From Macrostomum hystrix (lineage: Eukaryota > Animalia > Platyhelminthes): a stretch of DNA of 64,000 bases. Where the stretch lies: the NCBI GenBank assembly GCA_950097015.1, contig CATNEN010000002.1, positions 6,944,001 through 7,008,000 on the forward strand, given 5' to 3'. Shown piece after piece: positions 46,601 to 59,600 of the stretch. Position numbers and translations under genes: made by a program. Every line of letters starts with the position of its first letter. Position 1 is the stretch's first letter. Below the pieces are notes generated by a model that did no database searches, had not been told where the DNA came from, and saw only the letters and a list, made by a program, of their open reading frames with translations.

Positions 46601-49600
46601 GTCATTTGTATTTTTATGGATATTGAAATTTTAGGAATTAAGTTTGCTTTTTTCTAGCATTTCTACTCTAAGTAGTAAAAATATAAGTTTTTTCCTAAAT
46701 ACTTTTTCATTAATCAACAGAGATTTATTTTTAAGTCTGGACAGGACCCTTTCAGCTTGTGCTGGACCAGATCCCCCACACAGCTATTTCTGTGGTAAGC
46801 AATGGGGAATGAGAGGCGAGAGACAGAAGGAGAGTGTTTCAGAGTTTGTGCGAGTTGCAGCAGGGCAAACTTTCCTGGATTTCTATTTGGGCAAAGGACA
46901 GACCTGAGTCTGTCAACTCAAAGCTACAAAAAACTCAGCGGTCTAGACAGCCAACTGTTAGCATGCGGAAATTATTCAGTATCTCCTCCTACTTCCGGCA
47001 CCCTGGTCGCTTCCATACAGGCCATTGTTGAGAAAGACTGGTATTAGCTATAATAATCCTGTCCTAGAAAGTTAGGCAGCTTTCAGAATGCAAAAACACG
47101 CCTTGTAAACACAGAGTTTGACTTAAAATTGACTTTTAATGCTCCTCTAGAACTTCTTGGGGCAAATCGCGCCTTGACATCGTACCTGTGGGTACCTGAA
47201 AGCTGAAAAATGAGCTTATGAAAGACTCTATGGAATATGATATATAGCATAGAATCGATCCAGTAAAACTACCAGATCCAGTTACACAGAAAACCACAGA
47301 AAACCACAGAAAACCGTAGAAAACCACAGAAAACCACAGAAAACCACAGAAAACCACAGAAAACGGTAGAAAACCACAGAAAACCAGAGAAAACCACAGA
47401 AAACCACAGAAAACCGTAGAAAACCACAGAAAACCACAGAAAACCGTAGAAAACCACAGAAAACCACAGAAAACCACAGAAAACCACAGAAAACCACAGA
47501 AAACCACAGAAAACCACAGAAAACCACAGAAAACCGTAGAAAACCACAGAAAAAAACAGAAAACAGTAGAAAACCACAGAAAACCACAGAAAACCACAGA
47601 AAACCGCAGAAAAACACAAAAATTAAAAATTCCCCCAGACAATTATTTGTACCGCACCCGAATCGAGCAACGCAAGCACACGAAACTTAACACGGGCCAA
47701 CTTTTTGTTGCGCATCTTCTGAAACAAAAATCAAGTCGCCAGCCCTTCAGACCGTCGAGATATTCGACAGTTTTGGCCGGAGGTCAGATTTTTTCTATAA
47801 GAGCTTGTGTACCTTATACCCCAATACACGGATTTGCACTGCGCCTCAGTGCAGCCTTGCCAGGCCTTCAAACTTTATCAACACGTCACATCAATGTGTC
47901 TTCATCATCTCCAACTTCGGTGGTGGTGACCGCCGACCACGATCGACCATCACTTCTCATCTTGGTATAAAAACTGGTGGCGAAATTGCATTGTAGTCCT
48001 ACTGTGAATCGATACATTGTCGATTCTAAACTAATTTGAAACTTGACAATCTGCAGAAACTTGACAATCTACAGAAACTTGACAATTTACGGAAGCTTGA
48101 CAATTTACAGAAACTTGACAATCTACAGAAACTTGACAATCTACAGAAACTTGACAATCTACAGAAACTTGACCATCTACAGAAACTTGACAATCTGCAG
48201 AAACTTGACAATTTACAGAAACTTGAAAATCTACAGAAACTTGACCATCTAGAAGCCCTTAATGAACGCCATAAAAGCTTTTAAGCGTTAAAATGCAGAA
48301 AATGTATTTGAAGAGGAAACGGAGGTCTGACTTAAAAAATCGATAAGCTATAAGCCTGTCTCCAGGTGCTTCACAAATAACAGTGTCAACTCTGTCAATC
48401 CGCACAACACTTTCCCTTGCTTAAATAGTACTCATATGGCTTTGGCCTAGAAAGAAATTGTTTCAAAAGAGCTACTATACAGGAGCAGCAGCAGCAGCAG
48501 CTGAATTAGTCATTATGGCCGAAAGTCGACAGAGAAAAATGCTTGCCACATTTTCTGCCAAACGGGGCGGCACCCCCAGCAACCGAGAAGCAGCAATGAG
48601 AAAGCGGCGAAAAAGAAGGCATTTCGAAGGGAGCGAAAATAAATGAATCGAAAAATATACTGGAGAGCTCAGAGAAAGAGCAAACTCTCCCACACATGAT
48701 CGGCTCTGAGCACACAGGTAGGTTAGGCCGCACAGGGTCGCCTTCCACTGCTCTCTCTCTCCCCGGTTCTCTTTTTAAGCTGACTGCCTGCAGTGCGTGT
48801 GAACTGCATTCTGACCAAGAATTTGCCAATGGCGCCGCTTGGGGTTTGCAGCTCTCCTGGTCGCGGGCGACAGCAGTTATAGGAGTTTAGGAGGCTCAGC
48901 GCGTTCTCAAATCCCAGCATGGATCAGTTGAAATCGTAGCCCCAGCTAGCGAGCCACAGTCATTTCCAAGTTTGGAACAAAATTACTTTTAAAAGAGAAA
49001 GAATTATAAGTGAAAGTTTCTGTTTTTTTGTCTATGGCCAAATCGCATTCACGGGGTTGAGTGGCAGAGCGGTCTTCAAATGACTTTAGAGAATGCACGG
49101 ATGAGGTTCGAGAGCAGAATTTTTTTAAGACCTGAGCAAAACTACCTTCAAACATCACTAAAGAAAATACTGAAGCTTTACGAAATTTGTCTCGGATGTA
49201 TCAGAACAGCTTGTTCTCCACTGTTCTTTAAACCTGGCCAATCTAAAGCATATTATGCATGAACATTCTTATAAAGTTAAATTTGTACTTTAACTTTCCA
49301 CTTTAAGAAAAATCATCAACGACTACTAGAGTAACTTAGTTACTGTAAAAACGAGACATTAGTAGCCCTTAAATGACTAGTAAAATATTTCGTGTTCAAC
49401 TCTGCTTCCCGTGAATTTGTTGACCCGGGTTACACTTAAATACGCTCGCAGTGCATTTTCACTGACGCGAAAAATGTTGCCTTGAGTTCGGTCATCGAAC
49501 AGGCCAAGCGTATTATGCAGTGTATACATAATTAGTGCTAGCGTGGGTGAGTAACCTGACCCGACTTCACACATGCGGGACAGGGCTGAGGGGTGAGGCA

Positions 49601-52600
49601 CAGACGCAACACCCACAGCAACCCAAACTGGACCTGGGACAACCTGTACTTGTTCTGCACAGTTCGGTTCAGTTCAGGATATTTTATGCCCATATATGCC
49701 CACTGGGTTAAGCCCGCAGCCCGGATACCTGTGTGCCTACTGCTCACCTGTCCTGTTTTATCACCTGTCCGTGTCTCACCCTTTTCTAAGGTCGCCATAG
49801 GGTCGTCGGATTCACCCTTCCACAAGGTCCTTGGATTCACCCTTTCCCAAGGTCATTTGATTCACCCTTCCCCAAGGTCATTTGATTCACCCTTCGCCAA
49901 GGTCATTTGATTCACCCTTCCCCAAGGTCATTTGATTCACCCTTCCCCAAGGTCATTTGATTCACCCTTCGCCAAGGTCATTTGATTCACCCTTCCCCAA
50001 GGTCATTTGATTCACCCTTCCCCAAGGTCATCGGTGCATTTTGACCCGCGAGAAAGTCCTCTGGATAATTGGCCATCAGTTCTCAGCAGAGTGCTTAAAA
50101 TTTTTTTTCAATTCAATGTTAGCTATAAAATATATACATATATATATATTCCCAGCTGATTAGCTGCAAGTACAACTATTTAGGAAAAAGCTTTACTATG
50201 CTCACCTCACAAAAGCAGACTTTGAGAGGCCTGGAGAGTTTCTTGACTTCTGCCGCCAAGAAAAGCGATTTTTTTGTTGATTCAGACCTCAAATTTAGTC
50301 CAGGAGTTGGGAGAAGAAATGAGAAAATGAGGAATTTTCGGTAAATTCAAAACTAAGCGAAGATCTGTGGCGTGAGTAGAAATTCTTCTAGTCTTAGAAG
50401 TTATGGCAGTCCTATAATTAAACAGTATTTGTCGGTTACAACCGATCATAGAGCTTGAGTTGGTCCTATGGGCCACATGTACAACCAGTTGTACAGCGCT
50501 TCCAAGCCTGTGTACAGCTGTTCAGTCCGTGGACTGCCGGGTCAACTGGCTTGCTCAAAGACTAATGGTCCAGCCAAATGTGTCCATCACGTCGCGAGAA
50601 CACACTCACAGGTGATAATTAGCATGAGCAGTTTCTCTCCGCAGGTTAATTAGCATACAACAGTGTCATTACAGCGACATTTGCACGGAGGAAGTAACTA
50701 TATAAATGTTTTAATTAGACTCCTCTTAAGTTCTCTCAAATTGGACATCCTGTGCCTTGCCTTACCTGAACTCTCTTACGCACGTGTGTGTGTGTTTTTG
50801 TGCTAAAAAAACTCCATTTCAATTTGCCCTAATATGAGACTAGCCTTTATGAGCTTAAAGCATGCTTATATATGACCATCAATTAACAATTGAAGCGGTA
50901 ACAAAATCACCGTTCTCCGGTAATTTACATGTACTTTAAAAATAGCTTACCCCACTTAAGCTCCACATTATTGTATTTTTCGTTGTCTTCGTCGTTTAAA
51001 AAATATTTTTAGGTTATCAATAGCATCAACCTGTCAATTAGTCTAGTCTCAGATAAATGTCACCCTGCCATTCACACAGCTTCAGATTAATGTCACCCTG
51101 CCATTCATACAGCTTCAGATTAATGTCACCCTGCCATTCACACAGCTTCAGATTAATGTCACACTGCCATTCATACAGCTTCAGATTAATGTCACCCTGC
51201 CATTCATACAGCTTCAGATTAATGTCACCCTGCCATTCACACAGCTTCAGATTAATGTCACTCTGCCATTCACACAGCTTCAGATTAATGTCACTCTGCC
51301 ATTCACACAGCTTCAGATTAATGTCACTCTGCCATTCACACAGCTTCAGATTAATGTCACTCTGCCATTCACACAGCTTCAGATTAATGTCACTCTGCCA
51401 TTCATATGGCATCAGTGAAATGCCACTCTGCCATCCAGACAGCTTCAGAGAAATGTCACTCTGCCATCCAGACAGCTTCAGAGAAATGTCACTCAGCCAT
51501 CCAGACAGCTTCAGAGAAATGTCACTCTGCCATCCAGACAGCTTCAGAGAAATGTCACTCTGCCATTCACATGGCATCAGTGAAATGTCACTCTGCCATC
51601 CAGACAGCTTCAGATTAATGTCACTCTGCCATCCAGACAGTTCAGAGAAATGTCACTCTGCCAAGTTAAAAGTGCACATGCACACTTCCTCACCTCTCGT
51701 GCTGCCTACTGGCGCGGTCCTCCTTGGCCTGCGCTTTCATCTGCTGCACCTCGATGGTGTCCGGCTTACGGCGGCGCATGTACAGCTCGTGGTTGCCCAT
51801 GCACAGAGCCAGGATGCGCTTGTTGATGCGCAGCCGCGGGGCGAAGAAAATGAAATCCTGCGACGGCGGTGAGGAGAGGAAATCCCTGTTACAGAACGAA
51901 GGGAATCCCTGCTGGAGAATGAAGGGAATCCCTGCTGGAGAATGAAGGGAATCCCTGCTGGAGAATGAAGGGAATCCCTGCTGGAGAATGAAGGGAATCC
52001 CTTCTACAGAACGATGGAAATCCCTGCTACAGAACGACGGGAATCCCTTCTACAGAACAAAGGTAATCCCTGCTACAGAACGAAGGGAATCCATACTGGA
52101 GAACGAAGGAAATCCCTGCTAGGAAGCGAAGGGAATCCATGCAAGAGAACGAAGGAAATCTGTGTTAGAGAATAAAGGGAATTTCTGCTACAGAACGAAG
52201 GGAATCCCTACTACAGAACGATGGGAATCCCTTCTACAGAACGAAGGTAATCCCTGCTACAGAACGAAGGGAATCCCTGCTACAGAACGACGGGAATCCC
52301 CTCTACAGAACGATGGGAATCCCTGCTACAGAACGAAGGGAATCCATACTGGAGAACGAAGGAAATCCCTGCTAGGGAGCGAAGGGAATCCATGCAAGAG
52401 AACGAAGGAAATCTATATTAGAGAATAAAGGGAATTCCTGCTACAGAACGAAGGGAATCCCTACTACAGAACGATGGGAATCCCTGCTACAGAACGATGG
52501 GAATCCCTGGAGAACGAAGGGAATCCATGCTTGAGAACGAAGTGAGTCTCTGTTAGAGAATGGAGGGAATCCCTGCTGGAGTATAAAGGAAATCTCTGCT

Positions 52601-54723
52601 AGAGAACGAAGGAAATCTGTGTTAGAGAATAAAGGGAATTCCTGCTAAAGAAGGAATGAAATCCCTGGTAGAGAACGAAGGGAATCCATACTGGAGAACG
52701 AAGGGAATCCATACTGGAGAACGAAGGGAATCCATACTGGAGAACGAATGGAATCCATACTGGAGAACGAAGGGAATATCTTTTAGAGAATAGAGCGAAT
52801 CCCTGCTGGAGAATGAATAGAATCCCCGTAGAAGACAGAAATTACTGTTAGAGAGAGTAAATTCCTATTTGTGGCTCAATAAAAGAAGGATATCCCTATT
52901 AGAGAAGAGAACTCCCCGTTGGAGAAGGAGAATCTCAGTTAGAGAAAGGTATTCAATGTTACAAATTCCTTGTTAAGGAGATGTCATTCCAAATTGGAGA
53001 GTACTGGAAAACTTCGGAATGCTCAGCAGGACAGGGCAGAACAGCAAATTCTAAGTCACGTGATCTACCGGAGCCCGGCGATCATTCGGCTTGATGATGA
53101 ACTTTTTGTCGCTGAAGGAGATGTTTCGAATCTCGGACCAAGGAAAACCGATCTTCGGCGTCAGCTTGTCCTCCTTTGAGTAGACATTGAGCCCCAGCGC
53201 GTCGATGCCCAGGTAGAGCTCTGTGCCCTTCTTGTTCTTGATCTCGAAGTAGTTGACGCCGTACATCTCCAGGTCCTGAGCCACCTTCAGGAATTCCAGC
53301 ATCGCGTCCTCTTTCAGACGGCCGCGCATCTCGCGGTACCAGTTGACGATCTTGTCCTCCCAGTCCTGCTTGGACAGGCTGTGCTGCTCCAGCACCCCAG
53401 CTGCTATGGGGAATCTGGTGCCCTCTGCGTGGCTCAGGAAGCCGGGCGGCTGAGTCTCCGGATTGTAGTCGCCGAATTTCACCTGTCCGATAGGCAGACA
53501 TTCAACAGAGCTTAAACAGACCACAAGATAGATAGGTAGATTAATAGAGCTATAGCTAACCCTGTGTCTTTCTAAAAAATACTTCTCTTAGATTACACCT
53601 CTTAAACCTGTGACCTCATTCTTCGTTCTAAGAAAGGTGTTGGGCTCTAGCAGCAATGTTCCAGAGCTCGATTCCACGGCGAGGCAAATTTAATTTCGTT
53701 TTGAGGCTCGCCATGCAATTTACGCATTTGAGGACCAACCTCCAAGGCGCAGTGAAAATGCACACTGTCTGATGATGAGAAAGTCAAGACTGATTTGTGA
53801 CCTGTGGGATTTTGTACCTGCGTACCGTATCTGTGTGCGTGTGTGCTCCTCACAGGCTGTCTAGTGTCACCAAATGATGTGCCACAGCCCTCCGGTAAAT
53901 ATTTTTTTTCATGACCAAGCGACAAAAATTTACGTGATTAAACAGCTACTACAGGCATTCACTAACCAATTGCATCTGAGATGGGAAAATGCATATAGTT
54001 TTACCTGACAGGCTATGCTGGCCAGGAGCACGGCAGTCTCTGGTGGACAGTAGATCTCTCCACTGAGAATGTCCTCCTTGACTTGCAGGTAGAACATTCG
54101 CTGCGTCACCTCTTGAATGAGCTCCTCGCAGGCGTCTTCCGGGTAGAATTTCACCCGAAACTCGAAGGCCAGCGGGCCGTCCTTGGGCACGTCCTGCTGC
54201 AGCACTTTGTTGTTGAGCTTGAGCCAGGCGCTGAAGCCCTTGCTGTCAGTGAATCGCAAGCCGAAGTACCAGATTTCGCGGAGGCCGATGGTCTTCACGA
54301 CCTATTTGTGTTTGTTTTTGATTTGTAGCTAGGCCTTAAAAATAGAAACAGTAAGGCAGTATGGTCGTATATTATCACTGTCAACATCTGGATTCTAGTC
54401 CATTTAAGGATGCCGACCTTCAAGTCCTGAGTCCGACGCTCTAATCACTAGCGTTTGTAGAGTGTATAGACTCCAAAAAAGGACACAACTTAAAAAGTTA
54501 CCTGATCAAACAGTTGCTTTCCAGTTGTGTTGGGCTGAATCGTAAACTCCAGCTCAGCATCCATCGTAGTGACTCGAACGTTAACCTAAAGTTATTTCCA
54601 CGAAAGACGAATACAGAATGTGGTTTTTCGGACTAAAAGCTTAAAAAAGTGCTAACTCAATCGTAATTAACATATTTTAAGCAGTTCAGTTACAGGCATT
54701 TAATTACTTACCGGTCGTACCAT
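43680..54723 (-). CDS. Moe: Ezrin/radixin/moesin protein (603 aa); exons 54723-54712, 54585-54502, 54301-54005, 53482-53069, 51857-51694, 45681-45429, 45144-44832, 43954-43680
   Basis: MVRP|[18 protein letters not shown] motifs ([66 protein letters not shown]), a coiled coil, and the [29 protein letters not shown]. All junctions are GT-AG and phase-consistent. Confidence 0.95.
44462..44786 (+). mobile_element. Full-length tRNA-derived SINE in ERM last intron
   Basis: Head GGGGGTCAGTGGCAGAGCGGTTAACGCC, B-box-like GCTCGATTC, and ATT tail; homologous to the 8411 copy. Confidence 0.88.
45735..46390. repeat. 20-bp minisatellite TTTATTGTTGTTTATCGTGN
   Basis: Tandem units; the hydrophobic ORFs here are artefacts. 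Confidence 0.95.
47287..47616. repeat. 10-bp repeat AAAACCACAG
   Basis: Tandem units are visible. Confidence 0.95.
47780..47935 (+). repeat. Dispersed repeat, inverted copy at ~61665-61815
   Basis: AGGTCAGATTTTTTC..GCACTGCGCCTCAGTGC..CCTTGCCAGGCCTTCAAACTTTATCA matches the reverse complement of the RhoGAP intron 2 sequence. Confidence 0.8.
48037..48251. repeat. 18-bp minisatellite AAACTTGACAATCTACAG
   Basis: Tandem units are visible. Confidence 0.93.
49812..50031. repeat. 25-bp minisatellite TTCACCCTTCCCCAAGGTCATTTGA
   Basis: Tandem units are visible. Confidence 0.92.
51055..51661. repeat. 33-bp minisatellite AATGTCACTCTGCCATTCACACAGCTTCAGATT
   Basis: Tandem units are visible. Confidence 0.93.
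51880..52800. repeat. 23-bp minisatellite GGGAATCCCTGCT(G/A)(G/C)AGAA(T/C)GAA (ERM intron 4)
   Basis: Tandem units, degenerating rightwards. Confidence 0.9.
53645..53900 (+). mobile_element. tRNA-SINE, degenerate copy (ERM intron 3)
   Basis: Shares GAGCTCGATTCCACGGCGAGG, CCAACCTCCAAGG, GATGAGAAAGTCA and TGTCTAGTGTCAC with the other copies. Confidence 0.7.
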
Positions 54724-55442
54724 TTTTGTTGCTTTTAACTTTGCCGGAGAACCTGTAATATTTAGGCAGAAAAATACCAAATCAAGTTGCAAGTTATAAA
54801 TGAAATAGAGCGTATGATACACGTGAAGGTTAAATATTTTCTGCTACGGACAAGGTTAGAATTGTTTTAAAATAAGGGCTCCATTCTTTAGACAATAGAT
54901 CGGTTGTAAAATTATTGTTTAAACTAATACAGCGGCTGCATGGTAAACCTGCATAGATAGCGAAAAAAGCCCCTGTTTGAGTTGCATAATTTAAAGCCAG
55001 CTAGCTAATTTTTATGTCCTCTAGTAATCAAATGGTCTAGCAAAAAGAAGGAAAAAATGCTGCACAAATTCAGCTTAACGCAAGCGTTTTTATCAGCAGG
55101 AAAAAAAATTTGTCAGTCGAAACTAAATGAAAATACTCACAAAAGAATTTTTCACTAAAGTTTTAATTCCAGGTGCTCTGTAGAAAAAAGACTCTAAATT
55201 TTAACTGAAAAATCACGGTTTCAGAGTTTGAACTAGCGAATTTGTGAAATTAATTAAATTTCATTTTAATTTTCGTTTACGTGGATAAACAAATATTATT
55301 GTACTTTGTACTAGAGTAATCAAATATTTGACAAAGAAGCTAAGCTAGTGATAATAATTAACTTCTAAATTGATGTTATAGCAATGTATATTTTTAAAAA
55401 GAGTAAGCGTTTTTTCATGGAAAGCGTTATATTTTTATCGTT

Positions 55443-55453
55443 ACATGGCGGCG
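55443..55453 (+). promoter_or_regulatory. YY1-like motif (ACATGGCGGCG) in the divergent ERM/RhoGAP interval
   Basis: A single motif match in a small CpG-containing patch between head-to-head genes; function not shown. Confidence 0.3.
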
Positions 55454-55896
55454 ACACAGCATGGTCACGACGTGCTAAACTAGTAATGATTAATTGATTA
55501 TTATAAAAGCGTAAGACTCTTGAGATCCTGTTATTTGACTATATCTGTGCTTGTGCGTTAGGCCTAGCTACACATGAAATTTATATTCGACGAAAGTCTG
55601 CCAAAAAACTGTTAAACTATATTATGTCTAGGACGCTGAAGCCTAAAGCTATGTCTAAACCAGACGTCGACAAACTTATTAGCTAGCGAAACTAAAAGAC
55701 GACAGCGACTGTAGAATTATGAAAAAGGGTAGAAATGAGACACAGGAGCGATGGAACAGGAAAGAGATGAGACTCGGTAGGCTAGAGATGAGACAGGGAA
55801 GAGAGATGAGGCATTGAAGAGACGAGACACTAGAGAGATGAGACAGGATACTAGGCCTATAGGTGTGGGAAGGGGCAATAGGCTGGATTTGGGAGC

Positions 55897-55942
55897 ATTG
55901 AGGGCCGCATCTGGCCTGCAGGCTGGAGTTTGCTGACCCCTG
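55897..55942. mobile_element. hAT/Charlie-like terminal fragment
   Basis: GGGCCGCATCTGGCCTGCAGGCTGGAGTTTGCTGACCCCTG resembles Charlie-type ends (..GGCCCGCGGGCCG..TTTG..GACCCCTG) after CpG loss. Confidence 0.5.
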
Positions 55943-56460
55943 GTCTAAACTGAAGCATTTTTTAATAAATGAGTTCAGTCCTAAAATGCAGGCTTTAGGA
56001 TTGTTGGTTTTAGGCCACAGCTACAGTTCTGTATTTTTTATCAAGCCTAGAATCAGCTAGATAGATGAATTTTACTGAAAAAAGTATATATCTATCTTTA
56101 TTAACACAGATGACATGCACTTTATCTTAGCTACATAGGCTGTCTTAGGCCTCCTAGGCCTACTAGCAGCAGGACCAAGGAGGCTTTGCTGCTAAATCTG
56201 CTAGCCCTAGACCTTAGTCGGTACCTGGACACTTCATCATCTTACAACTTGTTCATCCAGATGATGATCTGTCCAAAATCTCAGAGGGTGGATGACAAAG
56301 AGACTTAGACTTGTGGACACTTTGTTATCTGTAAAACAAAAGTTTGCAAAGTTAGAACAGAACCACCCCTCCTCACAACATGTTGGCACCTGTCTTGCAA
56401 CTCTTACAATGAAATCAGCTTCGACACCTCTCTTGACAATTTAGAGTGTGAAGTGTGTTC

Positions 56461-57936
56461 GGATCCTAGAATTTTTGTCAACTTTTTTTTCGTCAACTGA
56501 GAGTTGACGAAAATTCATTGGTAGTTGGAATGTTCGTCAACTGCCAATAGGAACAATGGAATCTTCGTCAACTACCAATGAGAAATGTTGAAATTTTGTC
56601 AACTGGGTAGCATTGGATGCGCATTTTACCTCATTTTACTTTTTCGTTTTTCACTTCTAACCTCGACAGTAACAATGCAGTAAACACGTCATTGTTTATT
56701 GTTTATTGTTTTATTTTATAGTAAAATTAATAAAAGCATATAGTCTTCGTCTCATAAAACAGTATTCATTGTCCTCTCTGACCAAATTTTGGAATGTGAT
56801 TTAGCCGGGAGCATTCCACCAAAAGCCTGCGGATAGTAAGATGGCCGTCACGATAATTACACCAATGCCGGTCTGCCAGTTTTTGCAGCTTCTTGTATCG
56901 ACCGCGATGCTGCCGTTGAGTCTGCCCTTGCTGCACCAGTGCTGCCTGAACTGGCACTATGAGAGCCTCATTGTGTAGTAGCTGCAACAAGCTGGGGTAC
57001 AGGCTGATGTTACCTCGCTCTGCTCGTTGCTTCAATCGCCAATGCCACCCCTCACACTCATTGTTCGTGCGAATGGTCTGGTTGTAGACGCTCAGTTCCT
57101 CGCGTTTGGCACCAGGTGGCATCGACATACTCTGCGACTTCGAGAAGGCGTGGTTCGACAATTCCAGCGACAATCTGTACCAGGCCCTCTTCCATGTGCT
57201 CGGCCGGGAGATATGGCAGCGCCATGAGCATCCGGCAGAAAGTGTTCGTACCAGGATCTGCTATATATGCCTGCTGGAGGCCAGCCTGTTGAATGCGACG
57301 GAACACGGCCTGTGCGTAATGGAACAGGCAGCCCTTCAGTGTTGCTTCAGGAAAGACGACACGTAGGGCCTGCCATGCGGCACATTCGAAGTCCAGAACG
57401 AATGCCTGCGGAAGACCGCCGTTCAGTAGTAGGCTTCTAAGGTGCTGGAAGACTGCCAGGTAGTCATGTAGAGCCTTCCCAGACATTAAAGCAATATTCA
57501 TATGCCAACTCGCAAGTCATGTACATCTGCTTGCTAGTTCATGCTCAGATTGTAAAGTTGTCACTATTTAAGACTTTCACTGTGCACATAAGTTCTTCTC
57601 TTCTCGCACTCTAATCTTCCAAGCCATCTACAGTGCACATTGATTTGCATTTACAGTACAATTTTATTAGTGCGATAACCGTCTGAAGCGCTTCACATAA
57701 TTCAAACTTGCATATTAAAATTACATTAAATTAAAGAAACAACGTCACAAACACATGTTGAATACGCAATAAATCGTGCACAAAGGCACTAAGTTCTCCA
57801 ATGCCTTCAGTCTGTCTGTGGAACTTTCGTCAACAGGCAATGGAAGATTTGGAATATTCGTCAACTGCAGAAATGAGGGTTGGAACATTCGTCAACCAAG
57901 TTGACGAAAAAAAAGTTGACGAAAATTCCATAAACC
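56461..57936 (-). mobile_element. Mutator/MULE transposon, internally deleted, frameshifted transposase (56766-57501)
   Basis: Motifs DFECAAWQA, GCLFHYAQAV and RTNNECEGWH. TIRs GAATTTT(T/C)GTCAACTTTTTTTTCGTCAACT with subterminal TCGTCAACT repeats, and an 8-bp TSD GTGTGTTC (56453-56460, 57937-57944). Confidence 0.88.
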
Positions 57937-59600
57937 GTGTGTTCACACCTCTGCCCACCACCCCACCCTCATTTTATTGATGATGAACTTGTTTGCTTGT
58001 TATTAGTAGATGACAAACTGACCAAACTTTAAATCATGCCAATTGGCTAGATGACGAAGTTTCCTAGGCCTACCTTCCAAGTGGATGATGAAGTTGTAAG
58101 ATGCCCTAGTTGTAAGAAATGTCATTGTTGTTGAAGTGTCTAGGTGGTGACAATCCATGACTATATAGTCTAGACTTTGAATAATTGATCACATCATGTT
58201 GGTACATTCGAGAAAAAACTGAGACCGTGATATAATGCACACAAAGATATTTTTTTACATTCTAATAAATAAAAATAAATTGAAAATGGGTATATGGGCA
58301 GTGGATCAAAGTCAATTTTCTCTTTTAACCACCTTTATTACTTATTATTATTTGTCATTTTGCTACACATACATTATACTAACCCTGAACACTAAATATA
58401 CAAGCCAATAATTCAATGTGAATGATGCATGTAGAATTGGGTAGGCAACACCAGCACAAGACACTATAGATTTCAATGTAAGCACTGGTACATGTAGACT
58501 GATAGAGTTACAAGTGAAACTGTGTGCTGTCTATATTTGCAAAATTGTTGGGTAAAATTTCAAGTTAAAAAGTTTTTTTTCATTTAAAAGTTATGACTAA
58601 ATTCTTGTTACTTTTGAAATATCCCTCATACTTTCTACAAAGCTAAACCTTTATTATTTAGACACACTTGCCAGCTTAATGCTAATAATGGCTTCTTATA
58701 TTTTATAGCTTTCCAGTTGGTCCTCAATCATTTTTAGTAGCTTTTAACAAGTAGAATGATAATGTTCTACAAAATCATTTTTTATTTTTAATTTACACAA
58801 TTTTTAGTAAAATAGTATCATTAAGTTTTGAATTATTAGGCCTAGCCTACCCTTTTAGTATGAGGCCTTGCCGTTTTCAGACAAAATATTAAGAAATCAA
58901 GTTCATTTGATTTTACTACCCACCATATTTTTCTTGATATTGATAATAATTGGCATGACAGCCATCCAACATGGCTAAAACATACTGTTGTACAAATTTT
59001 TAGTGACTATTCATTTAAACATTAAATCACGTTTAATAATAAACAATACAAGGTATTTAATGCCAGTGTGAATAAGCAGACACTTAACTCTGTGTTGCTT
59101 CAGTTTCACCCAGCTGGATACCAAAATTAAGCTCAGGTTATTGAGGCTATGGACTATGGACTAAGCTGCCACACTTAGCCTTCTGATGCACTGGGATGTG
59201 TCGTAGGCTGCATATCTGGCCTAATTGAGGCAGGTGTAATCACTTATTTATTATTATTCTTTCATTAATTTTATTAGCTTTACAAAAAGGTTTATATTGT
59301 GAATCTTCCTATTTTAGGCCTATCAAACAACTGTTTCAGTTGTTATGCAAAGGTAGTTATTTTGAAGCCTTAATAAATATTTACAGCTATTTTTGAGTAC
59401 ACTTCTTCAGTATTCATGTATGAATTGCGTGAATTTAAATATTTTATTAGTGATATGAGTGATCTTAATTATAGTGATAAGCATTTTTATTTTTTATTCA
59501 TATTTATTGATTATAATTTTTTCCACTAGTTCGCCTATTAGTAGTTTTATAATGCTTTATTTCATACCTCAAACCACTCGCTTTCCAGTCAGCCCTGGAC

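Noticed and set aside
46730-47050. Possible LINE RT fragment (IQAIVE..)
   Set aside because: The similarity is too short and interrupted to support a call by eye.
50610-50660. Twin ATTAGCAT (octamer-like) sites in an ERM intron as an enhancer
   Set aside because: Short motifs are expected by chance in AT-rich DNA, and no conservation data are available.
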